Shown: one piece after another, positions 11,101 to 23,100 of the stretch
Layout of the letters: every line of letters starts with the position of its first letter
Numbering within the stretch: the first letter of the stretch is position 1
DNA from: Orbicella franksi
Taxonomy: Eukaryota
Reading direction: 5' to 3'
NCBI GenBank assembly: GCA_964199315.1
Contig: OZ116711.1
Location: 22,878,001 to 22,942,000 of the forward strand
Length of the DNA stretch: 64,000 nt
Translations under genes and position numbers: made by a program
The notes under the pieces: generated by a model
The model's input: only the letters and a program-made list of their open reading frames with translations
The model's database searches: none
Told to the model about the DNA's origin: nothing

Positions 11101-14100
11101 AAATTATTTGGGCTCTGAAAAAGGTTATTTACACTGAGACTTGGCCAGATTATCTAAAAAATAATAAAAGAGGAATGTCACAAGGAACTGCGTTCAAGCA
11201 ATTGCATTAGATTAGTGGTCCCGATCGAAAACGGCATTTTCCAAGATAATGCGTAGAAGCCATTTAACAATTTACTAGAATTTATTAGAAAGTGTAAAGA
11301 TTACAGCATCTCTTTAACTTTCTAGGAAATTTTTATGTGATAGAGTACGGAGGGATTAGTTAATTTTACTGTAATTTCAAATCTGTTAGTATTTTTTCTA
11401 GGGTTACCCCATACTTTCACATATCACTCTTATTATTTTAATTGTAAATAACGTAATTTGTGTTAATTGTAAATGATGTAATCTAACAGAGAAGAGCCAC
11501 CTTGTGGATCTGTTAAGTAAACCATTATCATTATGATGATGATGATGATGATGATTATAATTATTAATATTTCCACCTTACGTAACGAGATTTATACCTC
11601 GCGATCCGATGCTGCGCTTCTGAAGATCGATGATCTTCTTTCTTGTGACTGTTTTCATGCTTCAAGTTGCCAAATTGAATAATTCTAAATCTTTCCTTTA
11701 TTTGTGAGTGAGTGTGAGTGAGAACTTTATTAAAGTGTCAAAAACATTTCCGTTCTTACCCTAATTGCAGATTGTTCATAGCTAAGTATTCAATCCCAAA
11801 AGCGTTTCTCCAGACAGACTGGGTTCTAAAATCTCCCAGCAAGTGCGAAGAGCTCCCTTCGTATGTCAGCTGACCGCTAAACGGCACGCCGTCGGATTGC
11901 TGTCCGCTCTTGTAAAAGGAGCCGTCGATGGCAAAAGCTAGACTGGTGCCATTGATCTGCAACTTAATAATTAATATGGCCTTTGAATGAAAGTCAAACA
12001 AACCAATATTTGCATCTACAAAGTTTTAAAATAATGGATCAAAAATTTCAATCAGCTCTGAATCTATTTAATACTGGCCTTAGCGTTCATTATTAGAGCA
12101 AGAGAAGGCCTCGTTTCAGACGTTCACGCACCCCCCCTCCCCCCACCCCTCTCCTCTCCCTTCATCTGTATCCACTATGTGAGATTTCTAACTTCTTCTA
12201 AAACTGTTAAACTGTACCTTCATTTTCATCTGCAACCTGTCAAATGATGTAACAGCTACATTAGAGAGGCGGTGAAAATGCCAGTCGAGTGTGACGTGTT
12301 CCCAATTGGTCGACGCCTTCAATGTGTAATCACTTCCACGGCCAAAAATAGTCTAAACGGGAAAAGGATCCAAAGGAAAGTGAATAAAAAGCAAAAAAGA
12401 AACCTTTGTCTTCATGCCTTGAGGCTTATAAGGCCGTCGTTGATGACGACGAAGGAGTATTCTTCCCTATATGAATGGTATACCTGTGCTTCCTACGTCA
12501 TCACGATGTCCTAAGTTCTAGCAATTCACGCACGCATTTTTTTGACGCTCATTGAGGGTAAAACTGTCTTGCCTGAATCTACAACAAAACGACCACCTTA
12601 TTCATTAGTCATAGCTGTGAACCTTGGTTTCTCATTTGAAGTTAAGCAAGCCAGCTATTGCTCTGCGGCATCTCAATAAGTGTTTCTACGAAAAATGGTC
12701 AAAGACAGTTTTTTAGTCTTAATTTGCACTTATATGTTAAATAAATTTCATAACCTGCTAGTCTGCAAACACCGGTTGACTTATGTTGATTTTGTCACAC
12801 CTCAACACAGAGGAATGCTCTGTAAAGCTACGCGAACCAAACATCAGTGCAAAAACATGAGGAAAAAGTATGTGGCACCCCCTGTGAAGCAACGAGGTTC
12901 ACTAACTTGCACCAGTGAGTTATGCCAGTTTTAAACTGTTTTCCAGTTTCTAGAACCCTCTCAGTGCTAGCCTGGGATGTTTAATGCTTGACACCTTTAA
13001 GTGACAATTTGATGAAGAAATGATCTTTGAACGTAACATGTCATTAATTTGAGCAGCAAGAAAAATGATATAAATATTTAGTCGGCTAACCTGGAAAAGC
13101 TGACAGACTTGACTGCTGTTGTGTGTTTCCACAGGAACTGTTGCTCTCGTTACCAGGCTTAAACCTAGAGGAACTGTGTCTTGAAACGCTAAAGACAGCG
13201 GCTGCTGTTGAAATCTGCGATACGGTGTCTTGCTGAGGTCCAGAGCATGCGCAGATAGTATTATTCCAACCTAGCAGATCAAAAAGACAACCTGGTCCAT
13301 AAACAGAGCTATAGAATAATTCTTGGAAATGCAGGAGCTAGTTTTGTTGTAACCATAATATGCATCACTTGCAGTAACCATCCCTAATGATTTTCTACTA
13401 TCGTCATGAGACTGGAGTGGTTTTCACTAAGTGTCGGAAAGTAATTGGCTTTACATTGCTTTATGATTGGGTAAAAAAGCTCGCTCCACTTTTCAGCCAA
13501 TCAGAAGTAAAACCAAAACCAAGCGTGTCTCGCCCGCACACGTTTTCCCGCGCTTTGCATCAGCTACATTTATTTACTTCAGTTTTGATTGGGTCATACG
13601 ATTTCCTGCGTCCTTTGTGATTGGCCAGAGTGCTTACTTTAGTGTTACACTCAATTGAAAACCGCTGTAACGAGCAAGACATCTACTTACACTGGATCCA
13701 TCGGGAGAGTGTTTCGTAATGTCCAAAAAAGGAACGGTCCATCGCGGAAACAACAACTCCAGTGCTTGGTTTATAGTCACGTGAGTGCTTGTAATTCCCA
13801 CCAATAGCATGTCATGTCGATGCAACTTCCAGCCAAAAAACTCAAGCTTGACAGGGAGGGCACTGGGCACTAAGTATGACTTCCCAGAAAATTTCACCAT
13901 CAGGTCTTTGCTTATATAAGCCTCCATAGTTGGTTTCATCAGTCGAAGGACAAATAAATTTGTATTTTTGACGGCCTCAACTAACTTGTACGGTAGACTT
14001 GTTTTCGTCAGGAAGGCAGTTTCGATGTTGCTTAGATCGAGAGGTGTTTCGGAGAAGCCGCTGAGCTTGATGGTTCCGTCGTAACGTGTTTCCACTGTTA

Positions 14101-17100
14101 ACCTGAAAGCTGCTTCACAAAGGTTGTATTCACCCTCTGCGATAAACGAACCGTGTCCAGACTGGAACCGGTAGTAAAATGTCACGTTACGAAGGGAAAT
14201 TTTCTCGTGTACCTTGTATTTAGCCGAAGTGCCGAGCGGAATCCATATGGAGCTCATACTTGAATTTAACGTGGAGATTTGCAATCCGGGGACTGTCAGG
14301 TCGTGTGGCCGCTGGAAGTTGGGAAGGAGAGGGGTGCTGTAATAGGTCTTCCATTCTCGTACCAGTTTACTCAAAGGGACAGCGGCTGAGAAACAGTACG
14401 TAGACCTTTCACTGGAATGAGAAGTTAAGGCCATACTTCCATTGTGTAATTCCGAGTTGACGTTCTTTACAAGCTGCAAGACCTCTCTGTTGTAAATTTC
14501 AAATTCCCTGTTTAATCGCTCGCTGCATATTGGATAGTTTCTTCTCATAGGCTTAATAACCGCTTGGGAAACATCTGTAAATTTAAGAAAGACACACTTT
14601 TCAACGGTAAATAAAATGCATATTCTGGCTGTGTTGAAGGTTTTAGAAAGTCGCGAGGAAAAGAGAAGGTGGCAGGCTACTAATGTTGTCACTATGCGTA
14701 TGATCTTTCCCGATAATCACGGGAAATTTTGGGAATTCCTCGGGAAAACATGATCAAAAATCTTTAGAAATCCTCAAAATCTAAACCCTTTTTTTAACGC
14801 GTTCAGCTCAATATTCCACTTATGCGCAGCTAACAGCTAGAAGAGAAAATCTAAACGTAAAGGTATAGTGAATTTATCAAAAGCCATTGATTGGAGCTTG
14901 TTTACTCGGCTCACCTGCAGAGTCTTTCTCCTGACACGAGTCCCTTCCTTGAGCTGTTTCATTCCCTTGAAAATAAAACAAGGATGAAAAATGTCAAACG
15001 ACAAACTCTATATGAATTCCATCGTTACACCACACATATTTCGATTCCTTCTTAAAAGCGCAGAAGCTACGCTCGTGAAAGCTTTCACGCGCCTCTAGCG
15101 CTTCCGGAAAGAAGGCTGGCCCACACATAGCTTCGCTCACCCGTGTCCCTCTTCTAAACGGGGGCTTGAAATCTCTTAATTTTTATGGGGAGATTGCTTC
15201 TATAAGCAAGACATCATCTAGAAATGATAGAAATAGCTACACTAAACAGTAAAATATGATTTCAAGCTTTCCAATGGTGTAAGATGTACAGTCTGAAAGC
15301 AGTTTGTCGTACCTGGAACCTTGGATAATAAATTGTTGTTCGCAAACAAAACATTCATTTGCGAGACTACGTATTTTTGCCCGTTAAATTTAATCGGCAG
15401 ACATCTACTTTTTAAAGATAATAAAAAGTATTTAAAAGGTTTAATATAAACAACGGACTGTGAATGAGATTACATTAAAAGCCCACCCACGGAAAGACAT
15501 TGCTTTTGATTAGTCTTTTCCGCTTGAAAAGCTTTTTACTTTGTTCAAAACTCTATCTAAATCCTCTTCACAGACACTTCGAAAACGCAAAGAAGTGGCC
15601 GCCATTTTGTTTTAACACCGCACACTGCTAGTCTTCTCACTATATCTACAACAGAATAGTCAGCGAGTAGCGTAACCAATAAGAGAACGGTATTCGTGAT
15701 AGAACGCTGGTAGCCTTAGTATACTAAATCTTGATAGAGACAGAATATGTTTTCTGTTTTAAGCCTGGTCCTAAAATGCGACCCAAGCATGATCATATAC
15801 AAGAACGAAAGAAGCTTATGCGTAATTGAGGACGGCCGGACATAAGCATAAGAATAAGAATATCAAAACCTCACGTTCTTCTTATGTTTATGCTTATGTC
15901 GCCGTTGTGTCCAGAGAGGACATGTTGGCATAAGCATGAGCATGAGCATAAACGAAAGAACTTCAGCCAATCAGCGATCACGTCATGCTTATGTCAACCA
16001 AGTCCTCATTGGACATAAGCATGAGGGTAAGCCTTAGCAGAAAGCTTATGTTTATGCTTACGTCACATTTGTCCTCACTGGTGCATAAGCCTCTTATGTT
16101 TATGCTCATGCTCATACTTGCGTCGTAAGTGAGGACCGGGCATTAGATAACACTTCGAAAAAAATAAAAAATAAGGTCTCTTTAAGTTCGAGTATTAAAA
16201 GTCAATTATCTTTGCTCGCGCCATCATTAGGTCAACAGCTCGTGCCAATTTTGTGATCCAGTTACAAGGTAAGGCTTTCAACACGCGCTTGCGCAGTAAG
16301 GTGTTTATCAAAGGTTAAATACAAACTGCACAAAACTCCATGTCCAAGGATTGCTTTCCGTCCAGTGTCAGTCCAGCGGAAGATGGTGTAGTTATCTTCC
16401 TTCAATTAGTATTTTCACAGATTGGAGAAAGCCTCTCTATTTTTCTGCCTTACTGCCAAACACCAAAGTAATTCTACAGGCTTTCAAAGCCTTCTTGATC
16501 TGTTAACGCACTTCTATTCGATAGTTTAAAAAATGCGACCAAAAACTAAGCAAAATTCGTAAAAAATCCCTTGTACCATGCTCGTGGCATGGCTGATTGG
16601 CGTTGAAAACAAGTTTTGGAGACTAGAGGATATGGCGATATCCTCGAAAATTGTCCAGTGTTAATTGCGCACGTGACTTGCATTGTTTCAACCAATCAAA
16701 TACATCAAAAAAATTTTGGATGGATTTCAAACACTGGTATTTACCTTCGCCACGATAAATATTGTAAAATGTTTAATGAAATCTACTCACTCAAACAATA
16801 TCTGGTCAGCCTAGCACAGTTTGGAATAATCTCTTCGGCTAAGGATGTGCCAAGTCGCTCTCTCAGCAAAGGGAATTCTTTCGAGCACGTCGTGACTTGA
16901 AGCATCTCGCATTCACCTTTGCACAGTTGCATCGGTTTAACTTGGTTACTGCTCTGGCATGGTGGAAAAAGGTTGTAGCAGAGAGCTTTTAAAAGCGATT
17001 TCTTGCACGTTGGGTTGATGTAGTCTGTTAAAGTTGATGTCGCGAGAACGATGTTGTCTTCAGAATGTTGCTGTGTTGTTAGAGGTGAAATTAACACTCT

Positions 17101-20100
17101 AGTGTCTTTTAAGATGTAACTTGAGCAGACGCTCCCTGTGTACGGTTCACATGTCCCAACTGTAAACAGGTAAAGTAATTAAGAGGTATGTAAAAGAAAG
17201 TAAGAAACAAAAAAGTTTAAGAGTGCTAGAGCAACGAAATGATGGACAAACAAAGAGTTCATTTAAGTGGATTGATTATTCTTAGAGTTTAATTCCAAAT
17301 CCACAGTTGTGGGTCTTTCAAAATGCCTAGCTGAGTGAATCAGTCATACTAAAATGTCGTTAATAGGCCAAGTATTTTCGGTGTGTTTGTAATGAGATCT
17401 AACAAAACAAGAGCAAACATCCTATATTTTTAGCCAATCAGGAATCAGCGCACGTAAGTTTTTCCCGCTTTGACAATGGTTGCAATTTGTACGTAACCTG
17501 CAAGCCAAACTGAACCAGGCTAGTGAAAAATTCGTGGCGATTCTTGCGACAATTACGTGAAAAATTGTGCAACAAAATTGCGTAAAAACCAAACACACCT
17601 ATTACGTCCACTACTGCCTTTCCAGAAGGGCTATTTCCGTGATAGTTCTTAAGCTTTGCCACGCAGTGATACACCCCAGAGTCTTGGATTGTCGAGTTCT
17701 TTATCCTCAGCTTGGACCCTGTGTCTGTGACCCTTATTTTGATTCGGTTATTCTTATTCTGCGGGATCGTCTTGCCGTTCTTCTTCCATCTGATGCGAGG
17801 TTTAGGCTTGCCTGTTGCTGTACAGGTTAGCGACAGTCCTTTGCCTTCTCTGACAGTTTTATGTTTAGGTTCAATAAAAACTGATGGAGCAGTCCCTGTT
17901 GGAAGACAAACCCAAGTCTCTCCCTTCAATTAAAATATTTAATTCCAAAATTAAAATGATTCACCAGCTTGTGACAATGATCGCAAAATCAGATAATAAA
18001 TTAAAAGCTCACAATATAAAATGGGGCAAGTACAAAGACAGTGAGACTGATATAGAATCTCGTGCTGTTGCTGCACTGTGCTAGTAACATATCTAAAAGT
18101 AGAAGAGAGTTAAGAGGACCTGAGGTGTGTGTGTATCTAAATGTATGATGTACATTTGGTTATGAATTATGTGTGTGTTTATCAAAAATTGAAGTGACTT
18201 CAAATCAATAAAAATTAAGAAAATACAACGAAAAAAAAGAAGGCAAACCCAAAGTAAGTATCAGTCACTCCTGTTAAGAGTATTTTTTTGCGTGCTGATG
18301 GAAAAGAGAATACAATAAAAAAAAAAACACGGGTTTAAATGACTTATTTTACCACTGAAGTGTCAATGGTAAATTCCTTCCAAACCAAGTCTTGACCTAA
18401 GGTCGATTCGTGTCGTTTGCTCAAAAACCAAACCTCCTATTCTTTTGCCAGCTCTTAAGACTAGCTCTCAAGGGTTGAAAAACGTCGACAGATATAGTCT
18501 GATATTCATGCTTTTGTACGTGACCATACAAGTCATTGATCCACTGCTGTGTGCTACAAGAGAACTTTCACTGTTGACGTCGGTATTCAGTAAACCATGC
18601 ATGAGCACGTTATAATTGGAATGAATTCGTATCATAAGTTGCACCGATTCAACTGTTTGATTTTAGTCTCGTCTTTTTTTTCTTCTTGTCCTCACAGTAA
18701 CAATTTGTCTACAATAAATTAGACCTTCCTTGAATTGCAGATTTCTCACCAGGGCGGGGAGGAGAGATAAATATCGTAAATGGAACTTAGGCCCTTTACA
18801 GTCTGTTAAGAACGTAATTTCGTGATTGAATTGGTTTTGGTGCGTGATGCAATGAAGTCTGATTTAACACAACGAGTCCAATTTTGGCAAAAAAAGGTCT
18901 ATTTTGTTCGGGAAAAATCTGAAACATGACCAAACGAAGTATCATAACTTCTACATTACCTGTCTTGGAAAATTCAGTCTGAAGATGGCGAAATTGCTAT
19001 GGGAGCAAAGACTGTCGGTTTTTGAAAATGTCCGGTGGAAAAGGGATGCATACATTGAATACCTCGTGTGAGTGAAAAAAGCCAAATTCCAAACAATTTT
19101 ACGACCCGCAAAATTGGATTTAAATAACAAACTTCCTATTACATTCGAGTTTATTTTTATAATGAGAACTGCATGACTTACCTGCTTCAGGTTGATCAGC
19201 CTGCAAAACGTAGGGAAAAAATATATTAATCGCCCGTTCAAGTGGTATGCGTAGTAGTTACTTCATGGTATTACACGAGAAAGCGCTGCATAACTATCTT
19301 ATATATACCACGCCATAAAAAATACGGTGGCCAGCACACTCAAAGCAGTGTACAATGGGAAGCTTAGGTGTAATAACGTCGATAGTATACAACGGCTTTC
19401 CTGTATTCTGATTGGCTGTATTTTCTATGACATGGTATAAACGGGGTTAATAACTGGTTAAATTTTCAAAGGGTAAATTGTTCATGTTGACGTGGTTCAA
19501 TTTTCTTCGGGACTATCTGACCGTCAACCAAATGAAACATATGAAACGAATACTTCAGAACATAGCTCATATGTAAATTGTTTGTGGACTGCCAAATCCC
19601 CATTTCGGTTATGTGATTATTTCAAGCAAAAGAGGTAATATTATATTCAGCGGTTTTTCATGCGATACTATTTATGCCGTGTAAGATGGTTTGTACTAGC
19701 TAAATTTAAAGCCCAGGAATGTCTAGCTTTTGCTATTCCATTGGAAGCTGTTGAGTAGTAGCAGTTTTTTTATGCTGTAGAGAGTGGTTGTAACTTTTCA
19801 ACCCTAATGTGAGACCATTCAAATGAAAGCTATTGAGCAGTACTTTCTGACGCGCTACTGTTTATTATGCTGTACAAGGTGGTTCCAACTTTTAAGTCTG
19901 TTGATAAAACCCTAGTGTGGGGCCATTCTGTTGATAAAACCCTAGTGTGTGACCATTGAAATGAAAGCCATTCAGCAGTACTTTCATGTGGTACTGTTTA
20001 TTATGCTGTACAAGGTGGTTCTAGCTTTTGAGTCTGTTGATAAAACCCTAGTGTGGGGCCATTCAAATGAAAGCTATTGAGCAGTACGTTTATGTGCTGC

Positions 20101-23100
20101 TGTTTATTTTGTTGCGAGGTAGTTAAGATCTGTTGACTAATCTCTCGGTGTGACCATTCAAATAACCGCTATGGAACAGTATTCCCATGTGTGGTATTCT
20201 TTGTCTAATGTACACGGATTGCTCTAGCGTAGTCTCTAGACTATAGTTCGCAGTGTGACCACAGAGTAACAAGTTGTGCTATTTATTACGTTGTCGTTGA
20301 GGTGTGGTTCAACCCTTTTAAACTGTGCTCTTCATTTCTCAGCCGTTTAAATTTGGACTAGGATTGAGCGAATAAAAATATCGGCTGAACTCTGTCCAAC
20401 TTACAAGTACTAGGATCAAACTCTGTTCATGACGATTTCCGTTCCTGTAGGTTAAATCTAAGCGTGCTTTTGTGTTTGTTTGAATTATCAGGCAGGGTTT
20501 TTGTCTCGGGGAAAATTTCAGGGGGGTTGTTTGGATTTCGTTTTTAGTTTTCCGCTGTTTAAATTGTTTGGTAGGAAAGCGGGGGTGTTGTTTTATGACG
20601 AAGTGATATTAGCGCCTCCTTGCTGTGTTACCTGGCTTGCGAACGACAGCATTCAGGCGAGTGATGGAACTCGCCTCATCTGTTAAAAAAACAGTCGAGA
20701 TTTCCATTAAATTGATGAAAATACCATGTCCAAGACGACTCCTAGAGTTTTTTCCATGCCCTTTTATCATTAGAAGTGGAGATTGTCATCAGATGAGACA
20801 AAGGAAAATTTAGGGTCAGTTTGTGGTAATTATAGAACCTAGTTTGTTTTTGCTTCAGTGATTAAATCAGCTTCAACTGACTAAAAAATAACGTCGACAT
20901 TTCCGTAGCAGATTTGATAGTTTGGGTAATCCACATATCGCTTATTTGTGCTATGCATTTTGAAGTCCAGTGATTCAACAAGACATATAAAGAGAGTGTG
21001 CAAGGCTTAGATGGTTTTATGGCAGATTCTTAAAGGGAGTTTCCCATATCAACATGTGTCTGAGTTTACAATACACGATGAAATGTTAACAGGCCCTCTA
21101 ACGGCATTTTCAATGTATACCCGTGAGATAAGAACAGGAATTACGTGACTTCCTTTGTCCAAACGGAAGGGCTCCCCTATTGTCTGTATGTAAAAGAAAA
21201 TAAATAAAATAAGCTATTTGCATTAAAGGACACTTGCTACTTGTCTTGTGTACAATTAAATTGGTGATAAAAACGAGACTGCAGGAAATACTCTGAAGTC
21301 TCCATACAAGACTTATTTCCGGTCGTCTTGGGGAATTTGCCATGTCACCCGTAATTACACGTGTGTGTGTATGCAAAACGTGTTCTTCAGTACATCAAGT
21401 CCTGCGCGGATGAAAATTTGAGGGAAAAAAAAAAACGTGTCCGGAAGTATAGGTTCTGTTAGGAATAGTGGGTTTTTCTCTTTAGCTCAGTCTTGATGAT
21501 ATCAGTCCTATTAAATAACCAATCAAAAACAATTTGAGCCATGATTGATCCGAGTCAATCAGTTGGTTAGCCTATCCTGTTTCTCCCGTAATTTCCGTAA
21601 TGGCGATAATGACCAAGAAAACACTGCATAATTTGGTTTAAATGACCCACCTCGCATAAATGCCGAGGGCGAAAATTAAGGAATGGGTCTGACAGAAAAT
21701 AATTCACCAAAGAATTCGAAGATCTCTTTACAAACTGATCAAGGGTTGGATATTAATGAGTTCCAGTTCGAGACTGCTTCTAAAATTCTCCTATGCCGTT
21801 GGGTACGGATAAAAGCAAAAGAGCAGTTTAACATTGAAACATGAAAGAGTAACAAAAAAATAAATAACGGGACAGAAACCCTAAACTCGTCAATGAAATG
21901 GTGTCATCGTTTGTATGTATACGTGCATTGACAAAGCGCGTCGTGCAATGTCTCACCACAAATATTTCAGAACTCAATCCAGTGAATTGAAGCCTGCTGT
22001 GAAGGATATGGGAACTTCATATTCTTGTGTTTATTCTTCTATTTTAAGCAGTAGGGTTCCTTTGATATAGCTGCCATTTTACTGAGCTCAACATCTAATG
22101 CAAAAAGGTTCAATTTTGCAGCCTTTTCCGGCCCCAGCTTTGGTACACTAGATTGTTTAAGAAGGCTTGATAAGAAGTACAGACTAAACATTGTAAAACT
22201 ACGGAAACGTCTCGTGTCCTGTTTGGCAGAAGTTACCTGTGTCGGCGACCTTGGCAGTTTAGAGTGGCAATTTACAATATTGTGGTGTAAAAATCTTTCT
22301 AAAATCGACTGTCAACACTATTCATCGTAAACAAATATACTGATACCCTGGATTGGCATGCCAGCAGAGTCATGGAATGTTGAGTTAGTCACAAACTTAT
22401 TTACCTCCTAGATATGTCGATATCGTTTTCTACCCTGTGGCGATTGAGTTCCAACATGGGTATGAAACAAATTCTTCCCATCCCAGAAACAAAGGGCGAC
22501 GTCATTTCTTCCGTCAAACAAAGAGTATCTAGCACTTTTAACACAGATTACTCTTGATAAATGATGTGGACCCGTTTTCTTTAAGTGCCTGAAAATTTCA
22601 GTAACTTATTACCTCTGAATTTGTGATGTGGTCTTTGAGATTGGAAAGAAACGACTTCGAACGTTACGTACAAATGACGATATCTGCGACCTGCATTTTT
22701 CGAGAAGAAAGACTACCCGATCGAGAAATTCGTCTTGCTAAATAGTATTTCCCAGGAGATCGAGACCCAACGGTAAAAAATATGAAAGTTATCAAACGCC
22801 ATTGACGGTTACTTGGAGTGTTCGCAGCCGCTGCACGGTTATTGTGGGGTCTTTAACTGATAACCATCTCTTGCATTGTGACTGACCTTAATTCTGATTC
22901 GTTGAAAACGCATTATTCAAGGCTGGCTCGTGACCTCAAAGCGTTCCACTGTTTCACTTAAACCTCTTAGTTTGAATTCTCAAGTTATCCTCTGGCAGAA
23001 GATTATTTCAGATCGAATCAGTAGTGACAGCATTAACAAGAAAGCGACCTCTGTCGCTGACCTAATAACTTGCCATATTTCCTTATATTGTAGCTCGGTT

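Noticed and set aside
18340-18600. Possible additional exon or second Ig domain (…LEGIYH*) in the Ig-Fz gene
   Set aside because: Every frame with a usable donor phase has in-frame stops, and the acceptor is poor.
19740-20220. CRISPR-like array
   Set aside because: The context is eukaryotic. Units are contiguous degenerate tandem copies with no unique spacers and no cas genes.
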